This document shows, piece by piece, positions 1-7,329 of a DNA stretch of 40,735 bases (position 1 is its first letter; every line of letters starts with the position of its first letter). This DNA is from a virus (taxonomy: Duplodnaviria > Caudoviricetes). The notes under the pieces were generated by a model that searched no databases, had not been told where the DNA came from, and worked only from the letters and a program-made list of their open reading frames with translations. The stretch spans positions 1-40,735 of the IMG/VR virus record IMGVR_UViG_3300010362_000047; one strand, given 5' to 3'. Both the position numbers and the translations under genes were made by a program.

Positions 1-26
1 AGGCCGCCGCCGAGTGATGCGGGATC

Positions 27-50
27 GTCAGGGGCGCAAATGCCCCTGAC
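27..50 (+). terminator. GC-rich hairpin after the junction-spanning gene
   Basis: GTCAGGGGC-GCAAAT-GCCCCTGAC, perfect 9-bp stem; no clear U-tract. Confidence 0.45.
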
Positions 51-70
51 TCCACCCTGGAGATACCCAA

Positions 71-247
71 ATGCGCAAGCCGTCCTTGGACTTCACAACG
101 TTCGCCGCCGCTCTCGACTGGGCACACACCCACGCCCGTGAGCACTGCCACAGCTACCACACGTGGCGCGTAGTCCTCGTTGGCCGCGCATGGGCCATAG
201 GGATCTACAGCGTCAATACGGGGCGATTGAGCCACTTTGCAGCCTGA
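71..247 (+). CDS. Small hypothetical protein (58 aa, MRKPSLDF...)
   Basis: Hand-translated; GGAGA RBS; fills the gap before 260. Confidence 0.6.
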   Translation: MRKPSLDFTTFAAALDWAHTHAREHCHSYHTWRVVLVGRAWAIGIYSVNTGRLSHFAA

Positions 248-259
248 GGAGATACCACG

Positions 260-538
260 ATGAAACTCTTGGAAATCAAGCGTTATCTGCGCAACGGACC
301 GTACGCTTGGCCTGGCGGATACCCTATGTACTTCGTGACCATTGAAGGCGATGTGCTCTCGTTCGCCACTGTGCGCAAGCATTGGCGCGACGTGTGTGAG
401 GCACACATCGTGAAGGGATGCCGACTAAATGGCTGGCGTATCGAGGATGTCAATGTCAACTGGGAGGACCCTGAACTGTACTGCGACGTGTCCGACGAAC
501 GCATCCCGTCCGCCTATGCGGAGCCTGAGGACGAGTGA
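260..538 (+). CDS. Conserved phage hypothetical protein (YAWPGGYP motif)
   Basis: GAGGAG RBS; YAWPGGYPxYF and NWEDxxLYCD motifs that I recognise from phage early proteins. Confidence 0.75.
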   Translation: MKLLEIKRYLRNGPYAWPGGYPMYFVTIEGDVLSFATVRKHWRDVCEAHIVKGCRLNGWRIEDVNVNWEDPELYCDVSDERIPSAYAEPEDE

Positions 539-558
539 ACGCAGGTGAACACAACAGA

Positions 559-581
559 CCCCATGCATGCGGTGCGTGGGG
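559..581 (+). terminator. Hairpin downstream of 260..538
   Basis: CCCCATGCA-TGCGG-TGCGTGGGG followed by CGTTGATTT. Confidence 0.4.
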
Positions 582-596
582 CGTTGATTTCCTAGG

Positions 597-990
597 AAAC
601 CTTTTTTCCTATCGGGCGTCCCCCCAACGTTCGCGCGAAGGGCGTTGTGGCGAAAATGTGGCGTATGGCTCTTTCCCAAACGGAATGAGCCATACCGCCA
701 TCTGTGAGCCGGGGGACCCGGGGGGATCCGGGAGGGACCCCGGGGGGGACGGGAATTCAGGGGGAATGGGAATTCAGGGGGCTTGGGGGAGTGAGAGTTT
801 AAGCTTAAGGCGTGAGAGTGGGGGAGGAGGGGGGTTATAGTTATATATATATATTTGAATATATAAATGCCCCCCCCCCCCGTCACTGGACGTACATACC
901 ATTACCAAAAGTAACGATACCTACGCCACAATTCCGCCACAACCGCCTTTTAACGGACGTTGGGGGGACGCCCGATAGGAAAAAAGGTTT
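597..990. repeat. Long inverted repeat: perfect 34 bp (597-630 / 957-990), extending imperfectly to ~70 bp (597-668 / 920-990)
   Basis: AAACCTTTTTTCCTATCGGGCGTCCCCCCAACGT is the exact reverse complement of 957-990. Confidence 0.95.
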
Positions 991-1074
991 TACAGGAAAA
1001 CGGGCCCGGGCCGAAATCGGCCCTGCGACAATCCGCCGCACCCCCATCCACCAAAAAGCCACACTCCCGCCACA
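597..1074. other. Putative replication origin (inverted repeats, G-tracts, AT-rich core 835-868, C12 tract, iteron-like boxes)
   Basis: Largest non-coding region; the most AT-rich stretch I saw in a GC-rich genome; symmetric repeats. Confidence 0.55.
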
Positions 1075-1121
1075 TTTGCGTGCCATACTGCGCTCTCGGG
1101 CCACCGAACAAGGAGTCGAAA

Positions 1122-1370
1122 ATGAGTAACTTCCGGAGTCGAAACTTCCAATTCAACCCCCGCGCCCTCAAATACATCGCTCTCGGCTTGGGCTCCCTCA
1201 CCCTCATCCACAACTGGGACACAGTGCTCGCCGCAGGCGTCGGCGCCCTGATCTTTGTAGTGGCACCAACCATCGCCCTACTCCCGTGGCACCTCATCTT
1301 CCTCGGCCTGGCCATCTGGCTACTCGCCTACGCCCTTGAGGGTATCATCCGCCGCGCCAGGGAGGAATGA
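1122..1370 (+). CDS. Membrane protein (2-3 TM)
   Basis: AGGAG RBS at 1111, ATG 1122; long hydrophobic segments. Confidence 0.75.
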   Translation: MSNFRSRNFQFNPRALKYIALGLGSLTLIHNWDTVLAAGVGALIFVVAPTIALLPWHLIFLGLAIWLLAYALEGIIRRAREE

Positions 1371-1371
1371 G

Positions 1372-1740
1372 ATGTCGCTCCGCTCCGGATGGAACATGCC
1401 GCCAGGATGCTTCCGTGTCCCTGTCGACGAGGCGCCCTGCGAAGTGTGCGGCTGCGATGCCGAGGCTTGCCTATGTCCCGAATGCCCGTGCTGCGGCGAG
1501 ACCGGCAATCCCGCCTGCTACGCTGTAGCGGGGGGAACCGGCGGCCATGGCCTCGAGCGCACCCGCGAGCAGGCGGCCGAGGCCGCAGCGTACGAGGCAA
1601 TGGGTCCCTACACCGGCCCTTTCGCCAGCACCGACGCAAAGGAAAACTATAGCCCCAACCCCAACCCCAACCCCAACATCAACTGGATAATCATCAGTGA
1701 CCGCCACGGAGAAATCCCAACCCAGGAGTCGAGCCAATGA
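1372..1740 (+). CDS. Cys-rich (putative Zn-binding) protein with a (PN)4 tract
   Basis: CEVCGCDAEACLCPECPCCG...C; GGAGG RBS. Confidence 0.6.
   Translation: MSLRSGWNMPPGCFRVPVDEAPCEVCGCDAEACLCPECPCCGETGNPACYAVAGGTGGHGLERTREQAAEAAAYEAMGPYTGPFASTDAKENYSPNPNPNPNINWIIISDRHGEIPTQESSQ
1653..1676. repeat. (CCCCAA)4 microsatellite
   Basis: Four exact tandem copies. Confidence 0.9.
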
Positions 1741-1853
1741 GAGCCTTGATCACCACCCTCATCTTAGTTAACGTCGCCCTCTCCATAACTGCCGCGGTGG
1801 CAGCAAAGCGGGCGGCACCGACATGCCATCAAGCTATGACATGGAGGATCTAA
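1737..1853 (+). CDS. 38-aa hydrophobic peptide (MRALITTLILVNVALSITAAVAA...)
   Basis: AGGAG RBS; ATGA overlap upstream and TAATG coupling downstream. Confidence 0.6.
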   Translation: MRALITTLILVNVALSITAAVAAKRAAPTCHQAMTWRI

Positions 1854-2080
1854 TGACCCACCGCATGAAGGTTCACCCCTTCAATGCAGTGGCCACCCAG
1901 GCCACTGCATCCATTGCCGCAGGCGCCACCATCTACCAGCAGTGGATCTGCAGCCACTGCGACGCAAAGCAGACCATGAGCACCCCGAATACCCTCTTTC
2001 GTGCAGGCATCTGCGAAGAGTGTGGACAAACCACACCAATCACTAAGTGCAACTTCATGGCCTCCTTCAATCTCGAGTGA
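1853..2080 (+). CDS. Zn-ribbon protein
   Basis: CSHC...CEEC; GGAGG RBS. Confidence 0.7.
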   Translation: MTHRMKVHPFNAVATQATASIAAGATIYQQWICSHCDAKQTMSTPNTLFRAGICEECGQTTPITKCNFMASFNLE

Positions 2081-2088
2081 CAAGATCG

Positions 2089-2301
2089 ATGGCCGCCTAC
2101 ACACAAACCGATCTCGACGAGGCATTGAGGCGCCTCGTCGACTCACTCGCCCGACTAACTAAAGCAATCGAGAAATATGGAGAGCACCGCCTCCCTGGAT
2201 ATCTCCGATTGCACATGATAGCCGTCCAAGCAGACATCACTCACGCACGGACAATCATTGAGGAGTCGAAACAATGGCTAGGAATGACTGGTACATCATA
2301 G
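2089..2301 (+). CDS. Hypothetical helical protein
   Basis: In operon order; start uncertain (2077 GTG or 2089 ATG). Confidence 0.5.
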   Translation: MAAYTQTDLDEALRRLVDSLARLTKAIEKYGEHRLPGYLRLHMIAVQADITHARTIIEESKQWLGMTGTS

Positions 2302-2531
2302 CACGCAACGCCAACGGTTACCTCGTCCACAAGATGGACAAAGACCTCAACCCTTCCGGGGCGCCCTACGAACTCACATGGGAGAACGGCAACCTCTACT
2401 GCACATGCTACGCCGGTCTCCAGGGCACGTACTGCCGACATCAGAAGATGAAAGACCTCTTCGATAAGACCGGCCGAAACGGCCCCTACAACTTCGACCG
2501 CAACGAGTTCATGGAGCTTTCCGATGACTGA
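2274..2531 (+). CDS. SWIM-type Zn-finger protein
   Basis: YCTC-x8-CRH; AGGAG RBS. Confidence 0.7.
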   Translation: MARNDWYIIARNANGYLVHKMDKDLNPSGAPYELTWENGNLYCTCYAGLQGTYCRHQKMKDLFDKTGRNGPYNFDRNEFMELSDD

Positions 2532-2778
2532 CATCACCATCTTCAACTTTAGAAAGATGACCGCGCAATCCCACTACTCGACCGACGGTGAGGGTCGATG
2601 CTATTCATGGATCCACCTCATGGTCTTCTCGACCACCATCGACGAGATTGGTCGCACGGTCGAGATCTGCACACCGATCACCCTCCACGCAGAGGCAGAC
2701 AGCGACCGCTCAGTCGAGTTCGCCCGCACCGCCCAAGCCATCAACCTCGCAGTGGAGCCAGTCGATGCAGCTAGTTGA
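2524..2778 (+). CDS. Hypothetical protein
   Basis: GGAG RBS; overlaps upstream stop. Confidence 0.55.
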   Translation: MTDITIFNFRKMTAQSHYSTDGEGRCYSWIHLMVFSTTIDEIGRTVEICTPITLHAEADSDRSVEFARTAQAINLAVEPVDAAS

Positions 2779-2842
2779 GACTATATTCGGCCTTGTCATC
2801 GCCCTCGCGATAATCCTCAAGTGCCTAGGAGGCTGGGGCTGA
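2765..2842 (+). CDS. 25-aa hydrophobic peptide (MQLVETIFGLVIALAIILKCLGGWG)
   Basis: GGAG RBS; single TM-like stretch. Confidence 0.45.
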   Translation: MQLVETIFGLVIALAIILKCLGGWG

Positions 2843-2884
2843 GCCCCTCCCTCCCCCCCTGGGGCTGAGCCCCTCCCTCCCCCC
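2834..2884. repeat. Tandem duplication of a ~26-bp unit TGGGGCTGAGCCCCTCCCTCCCCCC(C)
   Basis: Two adjacent copies, each with a GGGGCT-G-AGCCCC inverted repeat. Confidence 0.9.
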
Positions 2885-2918
2885 TTTCTTAAGAGAGGGC
2901 CACCCAACGGAGAGTTTT

Positions 2919-3401
2919 ATGGACGCACGCCAAGTAACACGCCACATCGAGGAACTCGAAACCCAGGTCAACAACCTCGATCGCCTCCTAAAGGAGGAGG
3001 CCCGTCGCTCTTCTTCTTTAGAAGGCCGACTTGCGGAACAGGCCGCAACCATTGACCGACTCATGACCGAGCGGGACCGCTACTTCCGGACAACCGCACA
3101 CCTCGAAACTGCTATTCGTTCAGCGGCGGCCGCACTCGTTGAGACCATCCACCGCATTCAAGGAGATCAAGATGGAGAACACCAAACGATTAAGGCAGGA
3201 ACTCGAGGATCTCATCCGCTCAAATGGTCCGCAGGCGATAGAGAGCCTGGCCGAGAAGAAGGCATTGACGGCAGCGATAATCGAGCGAACGATGCAGAAC
3301 AAAGATCTAACGAGAGATCAGGTCGACGACTTGATGTGGCTCTCGCTGAGCTATCTAACCGATTTCGCGCTGACAGTGACACTCACAGCAGTGGTACATG
3401 A
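2919..3401 (+). CDS. Coiled-coil protein
   Basis: GGAG RBS; heptad-like N-terminal half. Confidence 0.65.
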   Translation: MDARQVTRHIEELETQVNNLDRLLKEEARRSSSLEGRLAEQAATIDRLMTERDRYFRTTAHLETAIRSAAAALVETIHRIQGDQDGEHQTIKAGTRGSHPLKWSAGDREPGREEGIDGSDNRANDAEQRSNERSGRRLDVALAELSNRFRADSDTHSSGT

Positions 3402-3525
3402 CGTCGGACCGAAGCTGAGCGACCATCAACTGAGGCCCCTCGCCAATATGCTAATGGAGGCGATAACGGAGTACCAAAAAGTAGCCGATCGACTCAAATT
3501 GACAGTGGGGGTCCTTAATGCTTAA
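3172..3525 (+). CDS. Hypothetical helical protein (overlaps upstream gene)
   Basis: AAGGAG RBS before ATG 3172; overlaps the start at 3518. Confidence 0.6.
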   Translation: MENTKRLRQELEDLIRSNGPQAIESLAEKKALTAAIIERTMQNKDLTRDQVDDLMWLSLSYLTDFALTVTLTAVVHDVGPKLSDHQLRPLANMLMEAITEYQKVADRLKLTVGVLNA

Positions 3526-3820
3526 AACTGAGGTTTGGACAGTCGGCCGATCCCTCTTCGTGGAATGCGACGGCCAAGTCCTCGAAATCCCGCTAGCGAA
3601 GTGTGAAATCATCACTTCAACGTGGGGTCAACCCCTTGCACGTCAGCGAGGCTGGGTGATCTTCATGGACATCCTTCGCTCTCGCGAGCGGGCATCCCGT
3701 AAGGTAACAATTGGGACAAGAGCCTGCCCACTCCAATATACTATAGAGAGGGCCCTTGTCTCGTCGACTATACGCCGCAGGCGCCAGAACGCCCTCCTCA
3801 AGGAGTTAGGCCTTGTTTAA
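3518..3820 (+). CDS. Hypothetical protein ending in LLKELGLV
   Basis: Overlapping start/stop with neighbours. Confidence 0.6.
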   Translation: MLKTEVWTVGRSLFVECDGQVLEIPLAKCEIITSTWGQPLARQRGWVIFMDILRSRERASRKVTIGTRACPLQYTIERALVSSTIRRRRQNALLKELGLV

Positions 3821-4268
3821 GTATCTTGCCAGTCCATACACTTCGCCCACGTCAGAGATAATGAACCAGCGGTACATCGAGGCCATGCGAGCCACCACTT
3901 ACCTCCTTAAGAAGGGGATCTGGGTTTTCTCGCCAATCGTCCACTGTCACCCCATGGACTTGCCGCGAGACTACGAGTTCTGGCAAGCCTACAACAAAGC
4001 CATGCTCTCCGAGGCAGACGGCCTTTACGTCCTCATCATTGAGGGCTGGGAGAAATCACGCGGCGTGACCGACGAAATAAGCTTTGCCCGTAACCGCAAG
4101 CCAATCCACTATGTGATCCCTATCGGAGAAACCAATGACTACATTCTTGTCAACGAGGACACCTACAGCGAAGCCTTCAGAGGGAACCGATGGCCGCCTG
4201 GTCTATCTGAACGGTCGCTTCGGGACTATCGTATTAAGTCCGAGCGAGGCGGAGGCGGCAGCGATTGA
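3813..4268 (+). CDS. DUF1937-like / nucleoside 2-deoxyribosyltransferase-like fold protein
   Basis: YLASPY, FSPIVHCHP, W...ML..AD.L.VL...GW..S.GV..EI pattern. Confidence 0.75.
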   Translation: MFKYLASPYTSPTSEIMNQRYIEAMRATTYLLKKGIWVFSPIVHCHPMDLPRDYEFWQAYNKAMLSEADGLYVLIIEGWEKSRGVTDEISFARNRKPIHYVIPIGETNDYILVNEDTYSEAFRGNRWPPGLSERSLRDYRIKSERGGGGSD

Positions 4269-4428
4269 ACTGGCATGGGCCGCGGAGCGCTGCATGGATC
4301 GCACGCCCCTCGATATGGCTTATTCCAAAAGGGAAACGACAATATCGAGTGCCATCGCCACCCTAAAGGAGCATCCGAAGGGGATCGAACTCCTCAAGTC
4401 CCTCAACCTCCTCCCTCCCTCTTCTTAA
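4135..4428 (+). CDS. Hypothetical protein ending in LLKSLNL
   Basis: GGAG RBS; plausible composition. Confidence 0.5.
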   Translation: MTTFLSTRTPTAKPSEGTDGRLVYLNGRFGTIVLSPSEAEAAAIELAWAAERCMDRTPLDMAYSKRETTISSAIATLKEHPKGIELLKSLNLLPPSS

Positions 4429-4494
4429 GAGAGGGGGCTCCACCCCCACTCTCCTCTTCCTCTTTCTTAGGGAGCCACTCCAAGGAGCCCAAAA

Positions 4495-4779
4495 ATGTAC
4501 AACACATATCGCTTCAGAAACAAAGATCCAGTAATCGACATCCTCCGAACCCTGCTCGAGATCGAAGCTTCGATCACCAACACTTCATTCTCCGCGACAA
4601 TCCGCCGCATCGCTCGGAACTCAGGCGTCGCCGAGAGCACTCTGTGGTCGTGGTTCTCAGGCCCAACTCGCTGTCCGCGGTTCGCAGGTGTGATGGCCGT
4701 CGCTCACGCCTGCGGCAAGGAGGTCACACTCGGTGGCACAATCGTTGGTTCACGCTTCCCACTAAAAATAGTTGCCTAA
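4495..4779 (+). CDS. XRE-like helix-turn-helix regulator
   Basis: IRRIARNSGVAESTLWSWFSGPTRCPR HTH; AAGGAG RBS. Confidence 0.75.
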   Translation: MYNTYRFRNKDPVIDILRTLLEIEASITNTSFSATIRRIARNSGVAESTLWSWFSGPTRCPRFAGVMAVAHACGKEVTLGGTIVGSRFPLKIVA

Positions 4780-4857
4780 CCAGTTACACCTTCGCTCTGA
4801 CGGCGAAGCGGCTAGCCGGATAACGGGAAGCCATCTCCTGCTGGTGTAACTGGTTGG
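4776..4857 (+). ncRNA. Structured intergenic RNA element (multi-branch) upstream of the helicase
   Basis: 13-bp perfect closing stem AACCAGTTACACC/GGTGTAACTGGTT enclosing two internal hairpins. Confidence 0.5.
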
Positions 4858-4923
4858 TGATCAAAGCAGTGGGTCAAGGTGGCAAAGCCGTACCTCAATT
4901 TCAAACCGCAAAGGGAGACTACA

Positions 4924-6534
4924 ATGGCCTACGAATTAAAGAAAGACGGGAAGATCCTCACTGCAACTGAGGAGCAGACCGCGATCATCGACTATGCACG
5001 CGACACACATGAGGAACTCCGCCTCATCCTCAATGCCCTCGCAGGTGCGGCCAAGACCTCAACACTTGAGTTCCTCTGCAAATACATGTCCCTCGAACCG
5101 ACGCTGAGCGTAGCATTCAACAAGCGGATCGCTGAGGAGATGGGCGCTCGCTTGCCAGGACACGTCAAATGCGCCACACTCAATTCAGTCGGCCACCGTG
5201 CCTGGATGCAAGCTATCGGCAAACGGGTCACGCTCGATACCAAGAAGAATTTCAACCTTGTCAAAGAGGGGATCGACCGCCTCCCTCGCTATCTTAAAGA
5301 GGACGCATTCGACGCTTTCGGCGATCTAACCAAAACTATCGCTATCGCCAAGCACGCCGGCTACGTTCCAGCTGGTGTCCCCGGCCGCTCCCTTCTTGGA
5401 GAGGAGGAATTCTTCGGGGACCTTGAGGAGGAGCCGGAGGATTGGTTCGTAAAGATAATCAACGACGCGCTCCGCACAGGAGTCACCCAGGCATATGCTG
5501 GCCTCATCGATTTCGATGATCAGATCTACATGCCAACCCTGTTCTCCTCCGCCTCATTCCCGAAGTTCCCACGGGTAATGGTGGACGAGGCCCAGGATCT
5601 CTCCGCTATCAACCACGCCATGCTCGTTAAACTCGTTAATCGTGACTTTATCGCAGTAGGCGATCCCTGGCAATCCATCTATGGCTTCCGCGGAGCCGTT
5701 ACTTCATCCATGTCGCGCCTTCGTGAGCGGTTTCGCATGCACGAGATGACCCTCTCGGTGAGTTTCCGCTGCCCACGTAAGGGCGTTGAACGAGCCCGGC
5801 AGCGCGTGCCTCACATGAAGTACCCCGAGTGGGCAATTGAGGGCATCGTCGAAGCCCTCCCTGAGTGGAATGCCAAATGCATCCCTGATAATGCAGCAAT
5901 CATCTGCCGCAACAACGCACCACTGATGTCGGCCGCCCTCCAACTTCTTAGGGCCGGCCGCGGAGTCCACTTGGTTGGCACCGACCTTGGCCCTCAACTT
6001 ACTAAGGCCCTCAAGAAGTTCGGTGATGCCCAGATGCCACAGGAGCAAGTCTATGACGCGATCGACCAGTGGGAACGAGACAAGCTTCGAAAGTCTCGCA
6101 ACGCGGCCAGTGTATCGGATAAAGCTGAATGTCTGCGAGTATTCGCAGGATTTGGCCCAACCCTTGGAGCTGCAATTGCTTACGCTGAACACATCTTTGC
6201 TGCCAAGGGTCCCATTCAACTACTCTCAGGGCATAAGTCTAAGGGACTTGAGTGGTCAACTGTTTATCACTTGGATCCCCAGCGTATCCCGTCTCCGTGG
6301 GCGAAAGAGGGCGAAGCCTTCGAACAAGAACTCAACGTCCGCTACGTAATCGAAACCCGCTTCAAAGAGGAGATGTATCTCATCCGGCTGGAGGACTTTA
6401 TTGATGGGGAGATTCTACCGCGTGAAACTGAGGGGATATCCACCTCCGAAGAGCCGAATGCGGGGCTATCCGGACACCCGCAAGAGAAGGAGGGCACACA
6501 AGATCTTCTTGGAAATTCCGGAGGAGTTCGATGA
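4924..6534 (+). CDS. UvrD/Rep-like superfamily 1 helicase
   Basis: ALAGAAKT (Walker A), VDEAQD, VGDPWQSIYGFRGA, SFRCP, HKSKGLEW, YVIETR. Confidence 0.92.
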   Translation: MAYELKKDGKILTATEEQTAIIDYARDTHEELRLILNALAGAAKTSTLEFLCKYMSLEPTLSVAFNKRIAEEMGARLPGHVKCATLNSVGHRAWMQAIGKRVTLDTKKNFNLVKEGIDRLPRYLKEDAFDAFGDLTKTIAIAKHAGYVPAGVPGRSLLGEEEFFGDLEEEPEDWFVKIINDALRTGVTQAYAGLIDFDDQIYMPTLFSSASFPKFPRVMVDEAQDLSAINHAMLVKLVNRDFIAVGDPWQSIYGFRGAVTSSMSRLRERFRMHEMTLSVSFRCPRKGVERARQRVPHMKYPEWAIEGIVEALPEWNAKCIPDNAAIICRNNAPLMSAALQLLRAGRGVHLVGTDLGPQLTKALKKFGDAQMPQEQVYDAIDQWERDKLRKSRNAASVSDKAECLRVFAGFGPTLGAAIAYAEHIFAAKGPIQLLSGHKSKGLEWSTVYHLDPQRIPSPWAKEGEAFEQELNVRYVIETRFKEEMYLIRLEDFIDGEILPRETEGISTSEEPNAGLSGHPQEKEGTQDLLGNSGGVR

Positions 6535-6835
6535 GTCGATCGTGGATGTCGCTGTTCGCTTACCTGTCAGCGAGCATGACGTTGTGGAATCACTGGCCTG
6601 GAGATGGCCCGTGGTTAAGCTTCCTTATTTCCGTCCCGATTTTAGCTGGGTTAGGAGGGATCAAATGCTCAGCGCCGCCGAAACGGAAAAGCTCCTCGCA
6701 CTTGTCGACAAACTCATCGAGGACGTGGCTCCCTGGAGAGAAAAGAAACAGGCCATAATTGATCTCTGTGATGAGAAAGACAAGGTCAACCTCGCCGAAT
6801 TCTCTGCATGGTTTGAGGAAGAGGAGGACGCATGA
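6404..6835 (+). CDS. Hypothetical protein (may start internally at ~6665)
   Basis: GGAGG RBS at both candidate starts; ATGA-coupled to next gene. Confidence 0.5.
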   Translation: MGRFYRVKLRGYPPPKSRMRGYPDTRKRRRAHKIFLEIPEEFDESIVDVAVRLPVSEHDVVESLAWRWPVVKLPYFRPDFSWVRRDQMLSAAETEKLLALVDKLIEDVAPWREKKQAIIDLCDEKDKVNLAEFSAWFEEEEDA

Positions 6836-7218
6836 CCAAAGAAGTGGAAGAGTTCGGTAAGGAGATGCTTGCAACCTTTGAGAGAGCACTCCAAAGTGAG
6901 AACGGTATATTTGAGGAATGGCCTACTCACAAAGAGGCCATAACTCGACGAGCGAGACTGAATAGATTCAGAAAGAGTGAAAGAGAGGAAAGCAAACTCG
7001 TATATCCAGAAGGGCATATCATGTGGGGTAAGACTCCCTACGATGATCTCGAATTAACTATCGAGACTCAGGGAGAGGAGTGGGATAATATACTGATCAT
7101 CAGGAAGAGGCCAGCGCCGCCCGTGGCTAGGGACATGTCAGAGCACCCAAGCGAGAAAAGGAAGCTTACGAGGAAGTTTCCAGAACTCGTACGCAAACCA
7201 ATTAAGAGTGAGGATTAG
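6832..7218 (+). CDS. Hypothetical protein
   Basis: GAGGAGG RBS, ATGA overlap. Confidence 0.7.
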   Translation: MTKEVEEFGKEMLATFERALQSENGIFEEWPTHKEAITRRARLNRFRKSEREESKLVYPEGHIMWGKTPYDDLELTIETQGEEWDNILIIRKRPAPPVARDMSEHPSEKRKLTRKFPELVRKPIKSED

Positions 7219-7254
7219 GGACGGAAAATAACGTGGGAGGAGCGAAAAAATGTG

Positions 7255-7283
7255 TTGACGCCATCCTCAATATGTGCGACCAT
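7255..7283 (+). promoter_or_regulatory. Putative sigma70 promoter
   Basis: TTGACG-N17-GACCAT with an upstream A-tract, in an intergenic gap. Confidence 0.45.
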
Positions 7284-7329
7284 ATCCGGGTAGTTGCAAA
7301 AATGCAACACGCAAAACAGGAGCAAGTAA

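Noticed and set aside
597-990. IS/MITE or protelomerase (telRL) site
   Set aside because: No transposase, target-site duplication or protelomerase seen; the arms are not contiguous as in tel sites
425-1129. ORFs 425..886(-), 535..840(+), 812..1129(+), 883..1104(-), including the shared peptide VGGTPDRKKGF
   Set aside because: The shared peptide is a by-product of the DNA inverted repeat; the translations are low-complexity and lack convincing RBSs
4797-4832. Hammerhead ribozyme (CTGA...GAA)
   Set aside because: Lacks the CUGANGA-stem II-GAAA arrangement
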